A DNA stretch of 64,000 bases from Chloroflexota bacterium. Its GTDB lineage: Bacteria; Chloroflexota; Anaerolineae; Anaerolineales; UBA11579. The notes below the pieces were generated by a model. The model saw only the letters and a list, made by a program, of their open reading frames with translations, was not told the DNA's origin and made no database searches. The translations under genes and the position numbers were made by a program. This document shows positions 20,161-29,445 of the stretch, in pieces (position 1 is the first letter of the stretch; every line of letters begins with the position of its first letter). Location of the stretch: NCBI GenBank assembly GCA_013112575.1, contig JABFGG010000003.1, positions 83,096 through 147,095 on the forward strand, in the 5' to 3' direction.

Positions 20161-21099
20161 ATGAAATCTGATTACATCTGGATGGATGGGGAATTGGTGC
20201 CATATAAAGATGCCACCTTGCACGTGCTCACGCCGGCACTGCACTATGGCCTGGGTGTATTTGAAGGTATCCGCTGTTACGATACCAGCCGAGGGCCAGG
20301 TGTGTTCCGTCTGCAGGAGCACCTGGAGCGTTTCGTGAATTCGATCAGTGTATTGGGTGTGGAACACTTTCCTTATACTGTATCCGAACTGTCGGATGCA
20401 GTGCATATGACGATCCGCGCCAACCGTTTTTCAGAATGTTACATTCGCCCACTGATGTATATGGCCGACGGCCCACTGGGCCTCAACCTGGACGTTTCGC
20501 GTCCGGCGGTGTCCATTGCTACCTGGGAGTGGGGCACTTATCTGGGGAAGGCCGCCCTGGAGACGGGCGTGCATATGATGGTTTCTTCCTTCACCCGCCC
20601 GCAACCCAATTCGGTGATGACCAAGGCCAAGATCACGGGTAATTACGTCAATTCCGCCCTGGCGAAAACACTGGCTGTACGCTCGGGGTTTGATGAAGCC
20701 ATCATGCTCGACCCGGAAGGCTTCGTGGCAGAATGCAGTGGGGAGAACCTCTTCCTGGTGCGTGCTGGTGCGCTGTATTCGCCCCCCAAAGCGCTTATGC
20801 TAGAGGGGATCACACGCGATTCGGTCATTACCCTGGCAGGAGACCTGGGCTATCAGGTAGTGGAGGAGCCTGTTACACGTGACCAGCTTTATATCGCTGA
20901 CGAGATATTTGTGTGTGGTACGGCTGCTGAGGTCGTAGCTGTGCGTGAGATCGATTTTCGAAAAATCGGTAGTGGCAAGATGGGCCCCATCACCAGCCAG
21001 ATCCAAGAGGCCTTCTTCAAGACAGTGCGCGGTGAAGGTGAGCGCTCCAACGACTGGCTTGAGATCGGCTCGAAGACTGAATATTCGGCAGGGATTTAG
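20161..21099 (+). CDS. ilvE: Branched-chain amino-acid aminotransferase
   Basis: Class IV aminotransferase pattern (FEGIRCY, ECSGENLF, GITRDSV). 312 aa. Confidence 0.93.
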   Translation: MKSDYIWMDGELVPYKDATLHVLTPALHYGLGVFEGIRCYDTSRGPGVFRLQEHLERFVNSISVLGVEHFPYTVSELSDAVHMTIRANRFSECYIRPLMYMADGPLGLNLDVSRPAVSIATWEWGTYLGKAALETGVHMMVSSFTRPQPNSVMTKAKITGNYVNSALAKTLAVRSGFDEAIMLDPEGFVAECSGENLFLVRAGALYSPPKALMLEGITRDSVITLAGDLGYQVVEEPVTRDQLYIADEIFVCGTAAEVVAVREIDFRKIGSGKMGPITSQIQEAFFKTVRGEGERSNDWLEIGSKTEYSAGI

Positions 21100-21134
21100 T
21101 CCAAAAGAAGCGAATAGAATAGTACGAATATAGT

Positions 21135-21164
21135 AGAGGCTGCTCTCGAGTAGTCTCTTTTTTT
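21135..21164 (+). terminator. Terminator of the ilv-leu operon
   Basis: AGAGGCTGCTC / GAGTAGTCTCT stem (with G-U pairs) followed by a T7 run. Confidence 0.6.
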
Positions 21165-21166
21165 GC

Positions 21167-22204
21167 TTACAGGGATTTTAAGACTGCTCCAAGCACCCTC
21201 ACTGCCTTGTTGTATTCTTCTACTGATATGTGTTCATTTGGAGTGTGATCCAAGGATGAATCGCCGGGACCATATGCCAGAATAGGGCAGCCCCAGACTG
21301 GGCCTACAATGTTCATGTCAGCTGTACCTGTTTTGCGCACGAAACGCGGTTGCCCGTCCTGTTGCCGAATAGCTCTCAAGAATGAGCGTACCAGGGGATT
21401 GTTTTTATCGCCCAGATGCGCTGGGATGGCATAACCAAGTTCTTCAAATTGGGAAGCCTCGAGTAGCTTGCCGAGTTCTTTGTAAAGCATTTGGGGGGTC
21501 ATACTGAGAGGTAAACGAAAGCTGATATCCAGCGAGGCCGTTTCTTCAAAACCATCACCATTGGAAGCCATACTGGATAAGGTTGGGCTGACCTGTTCAA
21601 AAACTCGTTCATGATCGCGGTTATATTCCTCTGCCCACTTTTGGATTCTTATCCAATCCTCAACCACCGCTTCTGCTGCACTTCGGCTTTCGCCGGCTGA
21701 ATGTGCCGTGAATTGTTGGCGAGTAATTCTGGCCCAGGCGCTGCCTTTATAACCAAGAGTGACGCGATCCCAAGCGCTGGGTTCGCCAATAATCGCGGCG
21801 GCTGGCTGGAATTGATCCACAATCTGACGGGCGCCGATGGAATCGTTTTCTTCGCCCACGGCCCCAATGACGACAAATTGGAAACCGGCAAATTCGCCTA
21901 TTTCAGCGACCGCATCCACAAAAGCGGCCAAAGGCCCTTTGGCGTCCACGCTGCCGCGGCCGTAGAGTAAATCATCTTCCTGCCGAACCGGGATCTCGCC
22001 GGGAACGGTATCAATGTGGCCTAAAAGTACAACCTGCCTGTTTCCATTCCCCATAATGCCAATAGCGTTGCCAACTTCATCAACGTAGGCCTGAGAATAG
22101 CCTAAAGAACCCATGTGTTCCACAAGGAAATTGACAGCCCCGGCTTCTTCCCCAGAGGGGCTGTAACGCTTGAGAAGCCCTAACAATGTTTTGGGTACTG
22201 TCAT
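21167..22204 (-). CDS. lysK: M20-family [LysW]-lysine/ornithine hydrolase (LysK/ArgE-like)
   Basis: N-terminus YSPSGEE...[10 protein letters not shown] and [10 protein letters not shown] are M20 deacylase motifs. Last gene of the LysW cluster. Confidence 0.8.
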   Translation of the reverse strand: MTVPKTLLGLLKRYSPSGEEAGAVNFLVEHMGSLGYSQAYVDEVGNAIGIMGNGNRQVVLLGHIDTVPGEIPVRQEDDLLYGRGSVDAKGPLAAFVDAVAEIGEFAGFQFVVIGAVGEENDSIGARQIVDQFQPAAAIIGEPSAWDRVTLGYKGSAWARITRQQFTAHSAGESRSAAEAVVEDWIRIQKWAEEYNRDHERVFEQVSPTLSSMASNGDGFEETASLDISFRLPLSMTPQMLYKELGKLLEASQFEELGYAIPAHLGDKNNPLVRSFLRAIRQQDGQPRFVRKTGTADMNIVGPVWGCPILAYGPGDSSLDHTPNEHISVEEYNKAVRVLGAVLKSL

Positions 22205-23370
22205 ACTGCTTCCTGAGTCAGGGTTTCGGAAAGGGCCTCAACAATTTGATCCACCTGGGCTTTAGTAATGACTAGCGGTGGCAGTAAACGAAGTACGTTT
22301 AACCCTGCGGGAAGGGCCAGCACACCTTTTGTGGTCAGGCTGGCGATATAAGGCGCAACCTTTTGTTTGAGTTCGATTCCGACTATCAGCCCCAAGCCGC
22401 GCACTTCACGAATTAGGGGGGACTCAATTTTTTGCAGTTCGCTTATCAGGTAATCTCCCATCTCAGCTGCATGAGCTATCAGGTTTTCAGCCTTGAGTGT
22501 TTCCAGAGTTGCCAGTGAAGCACTGCAGGCCAACGGATTGCCGCCAAAGGTGGAGCCATGCGCGCCTACCGGCAATTGGCCGACCCGTTCCCCAAGTAAA
22601 ACTGCGCCCATGGGTACACCGCCAGCCATTGACTTAGCAAGGCAGAGTATATCTGCCTGAATACCGTAATGCTCTACAGTGAACATCTTTCCGGTGCGCC
22701 CAAAACCGGTCTGAATCTCATCAACGATCAAGAGTACACCGCGTTCATTACAAAGCTGTTGCGCACCTTTGAGGAATTCTTCTGTACCCAAATGCACGCC
22801 GCCCTCTCCCTGCACAATCTCAAGGATAAGAGCGGCAGTATTTTCGGTTAATTTGGTTTCAAGCTTTTCCAGATTGTTGTAGGGTGTGTGCGTGATACCG
22901 GGGACCAAAGGATGGAATGGCTCGCGGATCTTTTTATTCCAGGTGGCGGACAGTGCTCCCATCGTGCGGCCATGGAAACCGCGCATGGCTGCTACGATCT
23001 CGGTGCGCCCGGTAGCGAGGCGGGCAAATTTCATGGCGGCCTCAATGGCTTCCGTGCCAGAGTTGCATAAAAAGGCGCGCTCAATCCCGGTGGGTGCCAC
23101 TCCAATCAGTTTCTGCAATAGCTCCGCCCGTTGGTCGTTGTGGAACATTTCCGGGCAGGAGATCAGCTTCTGGGCTTGTTGGCTGATGGCTTCGGTGATC
23201 TTAGGATGGGCATGACCTAGGTTAGCTGCACCCTGCCCACCGACACAGTCGATATACTGGTTACCTGCTTCGTCCCACAATAGTGCGCCTTCTCCACGTA
23301 CAATGGTTAGGTCGCGTTTGCGGTAAACGCCGGAAGTATATTGATCTTCAATGCTGGCTACAGTGCTCAT
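22201..23370 (-). CDS. lysJ: Class-III aminotransferase (LysJ/ArgD-type)
   Basis: Acetylornithine-aminotransferase-family pattern (GGQGAANLGHAHP, DEIQTGFGRTG, LAKSMAGG). 4-nt overlap with lysK. Confidence 0.85.
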   Translation of the reverse strand: MSTVASIEDQYTSGVYRKRDLTIVRGEGALLWDEAGNQYIDCVGGQGAANLGHAHPKITEAISQQAQKLISCPEMFHNDQRAELLQKLIGVAPTGIERAFLCNSGTEAIEAAMKFARLATGRTEIVAAMRGFHGRTMGALSATWNKKIREPFHPLVPGITHTPYNNLEKLETKLTENTAALILEIVQGEGGVHLGTEEFLKGAQQLCNERGVLLIVDEIQTGFGRTGKMFTVEHYGIQADILCLAKSMAGGVPMGAVLLGERVGQLPVGAHGSTFGGNPLACSASLATLETLKAENLIAHAAEMGDYLISELQKIESPLIREVRGLGLIVGIELKQKVAPYIASLTTKGVLALPAGLNVLRLLPPLVITKAQVDQIVEALSETLTQEAV

Positions 23371-23382
23371 AATTAAATCCCT

Positions 23383-24213
23383 TTAGTGAATCGTCGTCCC
23401 GTTTCCCGATAGCGCGTTCGAAATAGGGGCCTCGATGCGACCATCGGCGATGATGACCTGCTGTGCGCCGCCATCTAAGGCTTCTTGGGCGCCGAGCACT
23501 TTTTTCTTCATGCGGCCCTCGGCATATTCCAGGGCTACTTTAAGGTCTCTCTGTGATAAATCAGAGATCAGCGTACTTTCATCTGGGAAAGATCGCATCA
23601 GTCCAGGAACTGCTGTGAGTAGCAACAAGTTTTGCGCTTTCAGAGCGGCAGCAATCATAGCGGCCATGCGGTCGGCATCGGTATTCAAAGCCTCACCGTC
23701 CTGGCTAACGGCCATTGGAGAAATCACGGGTGTGTACCCCGCCGCCAGGAAGGTTTGCAAAAGGCTAACGTCCACGTGCTGTATCTTGCCGGTATAGTCA
23801 TCATGCAGCATTTTACGCTTGCCATTTTCAACGATGCGTATTGAGCCTTTACGTTTTGCCGTGATGAGACCACCATCCAGACCACTCATGCCAAAGGCAT
23901 TCACGCCAAGTGTTCTTAGCTGCTCCACGATGCGTGTGTTGAGACCACCGTTCACGGCCATGGCAAATATGTCCAGTGTGCGCCGGTCTGTGTAACGTGA
24001 GGTGAAACCCGAAGGAGAGGTTACAAAACGTGGTGGGTGACCAATATCTTCTCCCAGGGCCGTGGCGTCTGCTGAACCACCGTGCACCAGCACAACCTGT
24101 TTGCCAGCTTCAATTAACCTTGCCGCATCTGTGCACACCGCGGAGTAGTCCACTCCCGCGGCCCCTCCTATTTTGATTACAATGATTCCATCTTGATTGC
24201 TATTCATCTTCAC
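23383..24213 (-). CDS. lysZ: Amino-acid kinase (LysZ/ArgB-type)
   Basis: VIKIGGA...VLVHGGS kinase motifs. 276 aa. Confidence 0.85.
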   Translation of the reverse strand: MKMNSNQDGIIVIKIGGAAGVDYSAVCTDAARLIEAGKQVVLVHGGSADATALGEDIGHPPRFVTSPSGFTSRYTDRRTLDIFAMAVNGGLNTRIVEQLRTLGVNAFGMSGLDGGLITAKRKGSIRIVENGKRKMLHDDYTGKIQHVDVSLLQTFLAAGYTPVISPMAVSQDGEALNTDADRMAAMIAAALKAQNLLLLTAVPGLMRSFPDESTLISDLSQRDLKVALEYAEGRMKKKVLGAQEALDGGAQQVIIADGRIEAPISNALSGNGTTIH

Positions 24214-24217
24214 TCAA

Positions 24218-25252
24218 TTAGATCGGGTGTAGGCCGGGAAATTCAAGACCCAGAGTTTCGTCAAACCCAAGCATCAAATTCATTGATTGGACCGCTGAAC
24301 CGGATGCCCCTTTCATCAGATTATCTATGGCGCAGATGGCTACGACACGCCCGGTATCTGGGTTAAACTCAAAACCCAGATCGGCGTAGTTGGAGCCAGC
24401 CAGTATCTTAGGCTCGGGCACGCGATAGATGCCGCGGCGTTCTTTCACAATGCGCAGGAAAGGGTTGTCAGCAACAGCCTGGCGATAGGCTTTCCAGAGG
24501 TCTTTTTGGGTGACACCCGGTTTTACGCTCACATGTGCGGTTGCCAGCGCGCCGCGCACCAGATCAACAGAACTCAAGGTAAGTGTGATGTCTTTGAGGC
24601 CGTAAGCCTGGATGACCTCAGCCGTGTGGCGGTGACCGAAAGCTGAGAAGGTGCGTACAACATTGCTGCGTTCGGCGTGATGAGAACCGGCATTGCCGCT
24701 GGCGCCTGATTCGGAGGAACCTACCTTGATCTCGATGACAATCGATCTGCTGACATCGATCAGATCAGCCTGCACCAATGGCAGCAGTGCGAGGTTGGCG
24801 GCGGTGGCATTGCAGCCAACTCCCGAGATGTAGTTAGTTTTGGAAATTTCAGACCGGTACAACTCAGGAAGGCCATAAACGAATTTTTGCATCCATTCAG
24901 GGCCTTCATGGTCATGACCGTACCAATGAGCATACAGATCGGCATCCCGAAGCCGAAAGTCTGAGGAGAGGTCAATGATGTAGTCAGCTTTTTCAACCCA
25001 GGTCTCGATCTGCTTTTGCGTCTTACCATGGGGCAAGGCCAGAAAAAGCACATCCGTTTTCTGGAGTTCTTCGACGGGGGTGAATTTCAATTCTGTGCGG
25101 CGGCGCAGGTTAGGGTGTACCTGGTAAACATAGTTCCCGGCGTATCTGTGTGATGTCACCTGAGTAACGTCAACTTCAGGATGGTCGATCAGGAGGCGCA
25201 GCAACTCCCCGCCAGTATAGCCCGACCCACCTACAATGGCTGCGGTAATCAC
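24218..25252 (-). CDS. lysY: N-acyl-gamma-glutamyl/aminoadipyl-phosphate reductase (LysY/ArgC-type)
   Basis: [19 protein letters not shown](P)-binding N-terminus and the GVGCNATA active-site Cys region. Confidence 0.88.
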   Translation of the reverse strand: MITAAIVGGSGYTGGELLRLLIDHPEVDVTQVTSHRYAGNYVYQVHPNLRRRTELKFTPVEELQKTDVLFLALPHGKTQKQIETWVEKADYIIDLSSDFRLRDADLYAHWYGHDHEGPEWMQKFVYGLPELYRSEISKTNYISGVGCNATAANLALLPLVQADLIDVSRSIVIEIKVGSSESGASGNAGSHHAERSNVVRTFSAFGHRHTAEVIQAYGLKDITLTLSSVDLVRGALATAHVSVKPGVTQKDLWKAYRQAVADNPFLRIVKERRGIYRVPEPKILAGSNYADLGFEFNPDTGRVVAICAIDNLMKGASGSAVQSMNLMLGFDETLGLEFPGLHPI

Positions 25253-26127
25253 GCGGCCTCCAATGTTGACTGCTTAGCTACTTCCAAGATGTAGTCAACC
25301 GCCAGATCGGCGATGTTGACTCCAGTGATTGGTTGGGCGTTGTTGAATTCCGTTGTGTGGTTGATCTCATTCAAGACGTAGCCGCGTTCAGGATGTTCAA
25401 AGAGGTCTACGCCTAACAAACCACCGCCCACAGCTTCTGCAGCTGCATGGCTGATCTGTTCCAATTCAGGCGTCAGTGGAAGGACTTCGCCACTACCACC
25501 ACGGGCCGTGTTGGTTATCCAGTGAGGTGAGTTGCGATAAATGGCAGCAACAGCCTGGTCGCCGATGATCATCACGCGAATGTCGCGGCCCTGTTTCTCC
25601 AGATACTCCTGGATGTAGAAGATAGAGTGCTGCACGGAGCCTAAAGTAGCTTTGTGCTCCAGTATGGCTTCGGCTGCGTCGCGGTCATTAACCTTGGCTA
25701 ACAAGCGGCCCCAGGAACCCACCACAGGCTTGAGCACAACCGGATAGCCTAGTTCCTCGATGGCCTCCAGGGCAGACTCAACTGTAAAAGCAACCTTGGT
25801 CCGCAGTTGGGGAACGCCTGCTTTGGCCAGTGCCGCGTAGGTGGCCACTTTGTCCCCACAAATTTCGGCCACAGATGCAGCGTTGATGGTAGGAATACCC
25901 CAGTTGTTGAGCATCCTGGCGGCATACAAGCCACGCGAGTAACTGATGCTGCGTACCAGGACAGCATCGTAACCCTGCCAGGTTTCAGGCTGATCGACGT
26001 CGAACTGAATGTTGCGGTCGTCGATGCGATCATATGTAACTCCTCGTTCGTCCAGAGCAGCGAAGATCCACTTCTCTTCAACTCTCAGGCGCGAGTAGAG
26101 TACGCCAATGCGTAATGAATTCTGCAT
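25249..26127 (-). CDS. lysX: RimK-family ATP-grasp ligase (LysX/ArgX-type)
   Basis: ATP-grasp pattern ([27 protein letters not shown]). It sits directly downstream of lysW. Confidence 0.85.
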   Translation of the reverse strand: MQNSLRIGVLYSRLRVEEKWIFAALDERGVTYDRIDDRNIQFDVDQPETWQGYDAVLVRSISYSRGLYAARMLNNWGIPTINAASVAEICGDKVATYAALAKAGVPQLRTKVAFTVESALEAIEELGYPVVLKPVVGSWGRLLAKVNDRDAAEAILEHKATLGSVQHSIFYIQEYLEKQGRDIRVMIIGDQAVAAIYRNSPHWITNTARGGSGEVLPLTPELEQISHAAAEAVGGGLLGVDLFEHPERGYVLNEINHTTEFNNAQPITGVNIADLAVDYILEVAKQSTLEAA

Positions 26128-26152
26128 AGAAGGCTCCTGATTATCTTTAGTA

Positions 26153-26320
26153 TTATTCTCCCCAATCTTCTTCTTCCATCGGAGCCAATTCCAATGCGGG
26201 CGGGTTCAACGAAGTGACTTCCAATTCCACGCCACAGTCCGGGCAAACGAGAATCTCGTTGACTTCCGTGCTGGACTCCAGGGTGATACCAGCGTCACAT
26301 TCCTGACAATTTGTGTTCAT
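26153..26320 (-). CDS. lysW: Amino-group carrier protein LysW/ArgW (55 aa)
   Basis: [10 protein letters not shown]...[11 protein letters not shown] zinc ribbon and the hallmark C-terminus EDWGE. GGAGG SD. The tracked ORF start at 26416 is an extension into argH. Confidence 0.9.
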   Translation of the reverse strand: MNTNCQECDAGITLESSTEVNEILVCPDCGVELEVTSLNPPALELAPMEEEDWGE

Positions 26321-26321
26321 A

Positions 26322-27725
26322 CTACACCTCCAAAAGTGTGTTTGATTGCATCGCCTCGAGGGCGTTATGCGCTTGAGAGATTTGTTGGGCAACAGCCTGG
26401 GGGGCCGTGCCGCCAATTGATGCCCGGCGAGCTACTGAATTGCCTGCATCAAAAACTGCATAAAGGTCATTGCTAAAAGCGGGAGATATTTGAACGTAAG
26501 TTTCTAGAGGAAGCTCGGACAATGTAATTTCAGCATCCAGCGCCTGGCGTACGGCCTGGCCAACGACTGTATGTGCTTCCCGGAAAGGTACGCCTTTGTC
26601 AACGAGATAATCGGCGAGGTCCGTGGCGAGCATGTTGTCATCGATGGCGGCCAGCATAGTTTCTGCATTGACCTGAATGCTGCTGATGGCGCTTGCCAGA
26701 ACCGGCAAGGTCTGAGTCAAAGTATCGAAGCTGTGGAATACGAGAACTTTATCCTCCTGCAAGTCTTTGTCATAGGTCGAAGGCAGGGCCTTTAGCATGG
26801 TCATAACACTGACAAGGTTGCCGATCAAGACACCTGTTTTACCGCGGGTTAACTCAAAGGCATCCGGGTTCTTCTTTTGTGGCATAAGGCTTGAACCGGT
26901 AGTAAAAGCATCGGTCAATTCAAAATAATTAAATTCGGCTGTGGTAAAGAGGATGATGACCTCTGCCAGCTTGCTGAGGTGAATGCCGATCATGGCAGTA
27001 CAGAAGAGGAACTCGGCGACGAAATCACGGCCTGAAACGGCATCGATGCTATTTGACGAGACGGACAGGAAACCCAAGTCTGTTGCCACTTCATGGCGGT
27101 CAATGGGGAAGGGTACTCCGGCCAGGGCACCAGAGCCAAGTGGCAATACTGCGGTGCGCGAGGTAAGCTCAGCTAAACGCTCGCGGTCGCGCTGCAAAGG
27201 CCAAAAGTGAGATAACCACCAGTGACTGAGGAGGATGGGTTGGGCACGCTGGAGATGCGTATAGCCTGCCATGATGACATCTATATCCGTCTCTGCTCGC
27301 GATAGCAGGGCAGATTGCAGCCCAGCTAAAGCGATGTCAAGTTGTGGAATGTGCTCCATTAACCAAAGGCGAAAATCGGTCACGACCTGGTCGTTACGGC
27401 TGCGCCCGGTGTGCAGTTTGCCGGCATCAGGCCCGATCAGCTCTGTCAGCCGACGTTCGACTGCCGAGTGGATGTCCTCATCCATCGGTTCAAATGCAAA
27501 TCTATCTTCTTGGAACTCTTCGGCAATTGACTCCAAACCAGCTTTGATTTCCTGGGTCTCCGCATCAGTCAGGATGCCTGCATGCTGTAGTGCTGAAGCC
27601 CAGGCCAGGCTGCCGCGTATATCTTGCAGCGCTAGCCGCTGATCAAAGTCTATGGAAGCATTTAAGGCCCAGGCTTGCGCGTCACTGTCTTGGGAGAAGC
27701 GTCCACCCCAGAGTTTCTTCGTCAT
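26322..27725 (-). CDS. argH: Argininosuccinate lyase
   Basis: The ATG at 27725 gives MTKKLWGGRFSQ. GSSLMPQKKNPDAFE signature. The tracked start at 27815 overlaps argG. Confidence 0.95.
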   Translation of the reverse strand: MTKKLWGGRFSQDSDAQAWALNASIDFDQRLALQDIRGSLAWASALQHAGILTDAETQEIKAGLESIAEEFQEDRFAFEPMDEDIHSAVERRLTELIGPDAGKLHTGRSRNDQVVTDFRLWLMEHIPQLDIALAGLQSALLSRAETDIDVIMAGYTHLQRAQPILLSHWWLSHFWPLQRDRERLAELTSRTAVLPLGSGALAGVPFPIDRHEVATDLGFLSVSSNSIDAVSGRDFVAEFLFCTAMIGIHLSKLAEVIILFTTAEFNYFELTDAFTTGSSLMPQKKNPDAFELTRGKTGVLIGNLVSVMTMLKALPSTYDKDLQEDKVLVFHSFDTLTQTLPVLASAISSIQVNAETMLAAIDDNMLATDLADYLVDKGVPFREAHTVVGQAVRQALDAEITLSELPLETYVQISPAFSNDLYAVFDAGNSVARRASIGGTAPQAVAQQISQAHNALEAMQSNTLLEV

Positions 27726-27741
27726 TATGGTTTCTCTTATC

Positions 27742-29001
27742 CTAGTCGCGCTTGAAACGGGAATAGTCAGGTTTGGGCATTTCCAGACCCGATATCGGCA
27801 AGTCGTTGAGGGCACGCACTTTTAAGGGCAAGCCAGAAAGGCGAATAAAACCCACTGCATCGGATTGGTCGTAGACGTCTTCCTGGCCGAAGGTGGCGAA
27901 ATCCTCGCGATATAGGCTGAAGGGGCTTTTAACACCGGCAGAGATGATGTTGCCTTTATAAAGTTTGAGGCGCACGGTTCCGGTCACCGGGCCTTGGGTG
28001 CTGTCCACAAAGGCGTCCAGAGCCTCTCGTAAAGGTGTGAACCACATGCCTTCGTAGACCAGTTCAGCATATTTCAGGGCAACAGTGTCTTTGTACTGCA
28101 GGGTGGCGCGATCCAATACCAGGGATTCGAGATCGCGATGAGCTTGCAACAGGATCGTGCCGCCGGGAGTTTCGTAGACGCCATGTGATTTCATACCCAC
28201 AAAGCGATTTTCCACCAGGTCGGCGCGCCCGATGCCATGCTTGCCGCCAATCTCATTTAGTTGTTCGATGAACTGTGCGGGAGACAGGCTTTTACCATCT
28301 AGGCATTTAGGCGTCCCGGATTCGAATTCGATTTCAATATATTGAGGTTCATCTGGCGCATCATGGGGTGAAGAAGACAGCATGTACATATCTTCGCCTG
28401 GTTCAACGTAGGTTTGTTCAAGCGGACCACCTTCGTGGGAGATGTGCCAGAGGTTGCGATCGCGACTGTAAATGGTTTTCTTGGTGGCCGTGACAGGCAC
28501 ATTGTGCGCCTTGGCATACTCAATGGCATCTTCGCGTGAGCGGACATCCCATTCGCGCCAGGGAGCGATCACTTTTAGGCGGGGATCCAGGGCCATATAG
28601 GTCAACTCGAAGCGCACCTGGTCGTTGCCTTTGCCAGTAGCGCCATGTGAGACTGCATCCGCGCCGTATTTCTCCGCGACCTCCACCTGGTGCTTGGCCG
28701 TTAGTGGACGTGCTACGGAGGTGCCCAGCAGATACTTGCGTTCGTAGACTGCCCCGGCACGCAACATGGGGAAGAGATATTCTTCAGCAAACTCCTCGCG
28801 CAGGTCGCGTACTTCAAGGTGGCTGGCGCCACTGGCCAGGGCCTTTTCTTCAAGACCATCCAGTTCTTCTCCCTGGCCGAGGTCCGCAGTGAAGCAGATG
28901 ACCTCACAGCCGTAATTCTCGATCAGCCATGGAACGATGATGGATGTGTCCAATCCCCCTGAATAAGCTAGAACGACTTTCTCTACTGCTGGTTTTGACA
29001 T
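27742..29001 (-). CDS. argG: Argininosuccinate synthase
   Basis: [12 protein letters not shown]-binding motif. 419 aa. Confidence 0.96.
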   Translation of the reverse strand: MSKPAVEKVVLAYSGGLDTSIIVPWLIENYGCEVICFTADLGQGEELDGLEEKALASGASHLEVRDLREEFAEEYLFPMLRAGAVYERKYLLGTSVARPLTAKHQVEVAEKYGADAVSHGATGKGNDQVRFELTYMALDPRLKVIAPWREWDVRSREDAIEYAKAHNVPVTATKKTIYSRDRNLWHISHEGGPLEQTYVEPGEDMYMLSSSPHDAPDEPQYIEIEFESGTPKCLDGKSLSPAQFIEQLNEIGGKHGIGRADLVENRFVGMKSHGVYETPGGTILLQAHRDLESLVLDRATLQYKDTVALKYAELVYEGMWFTPLREALDAFVDSTQGPVTGTVRLKLYKGNIISAGVKSPFSLYREDFATFGQEDVYDQSDAVGFIRLSGLPLKVRALNDLPISGLEMPKPDYSRFKRD

Positions 29002-29015
29002 ACTCAGGCTCCTAG

Positions 29016-29046
29016 AAACAAAAAAGCCCTCCGTGGAAGGAGGGCT
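29016..29046 (-). terminator. Minus-strand intrinsic terminator 15-45 nt upstream of the argG ATG (candidate attenuator)
   Basis: Minus strand reads AGCCCTCC-ttccac-GGAGGGCT followed by TTTTTTGTTT, then AGGAG SD, then ATG. Confidence 0.7.
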
Positions 29047-29145
29047 ATAAAATCGTACTGCGCTAAATCGTTTGGTATTTATCCAAGCAAAATAGGCCGA
29101 CCTTCCGGGGCGGAGGACAGTTCTTTACGAGGACGAGGGAACTGG

Positions 29146-29159
29146 GTGTATGAATACAC
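29146..29159. promoter_or_regulatory. 14-bp palindrome in the arg leader (possible operator)
   Basis: GTGTATGAATACAC (GTGTAT-GA-ATACAC) lies between the candidate promoter and the terminator. Confidence 0.25.
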
Positions 29160-29190
29160 GTCGGTGACAACTTGGGCAAACATTGGACGG

Positions 29191-29219
29191 TTTATATCAT
29201 TGCAGTATGTATTTGTCAA
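29191..29219 (-). promoter_or_regulatory. Candidate sigma70-type promoter for the arg operon
   Basis: Minus strand reads TTGACA (29219-29214), a 17-nt spacer, then TATAAA (29196-29191). Confidence 0.35.
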
Positions 29220-29445
29220 TCGATTGAACAGGCAGATTTTGGAAAAGGCGCGCATATTTTATTTGGCTGGAGCTAAAAGTATCATTAGTAAATCCGATCC
29301 CATCGATGCAGGATGCGCAATTGTTGAGCAGGGCCCAGAGCTTGTTATGCCTAAACGGGGGGTAGAAGGCATAATTGTCATTAATCGTGTAGGACACAAT
29401 CTTGCCATCACCTGGTGTAACTTTGCTTATTCAAAAAGTTAATCT

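Noticed and set aside
29146-29159. GTGTATGAATACAC considered as an ArgR ARG box
   Set aside because: It contains one TGAATA half-site but does not fit the 18-bp TNTGAATWWWWATTCANW consensus. It is kept only as a generic palindrome with low confidence.
29079-29183. 34-codon minus-strand ORF ([34 protein letters not shown]) starting at the predicted arg-leader TSS, considered as an arginine leader peptide
   Set aside because: Only 3 Arg residues, not consecutive. There is no SD (it would have to be leaderless). Its stop has no obvious coupling to the terminator arms.
29146-29442. 98-aa plus-strand ORF (GTG start after GAGGGA) in the AT-rich 445-nt spacer between argG and the PBP gene
   Set aside because: It has no recognisable motif and its composition differs from neighbouring genes. 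It would contain the best candidate arg promoter on the opposite strand. It cannot be excluded as a small orphan gene, but the evidence is insufficient to call it.
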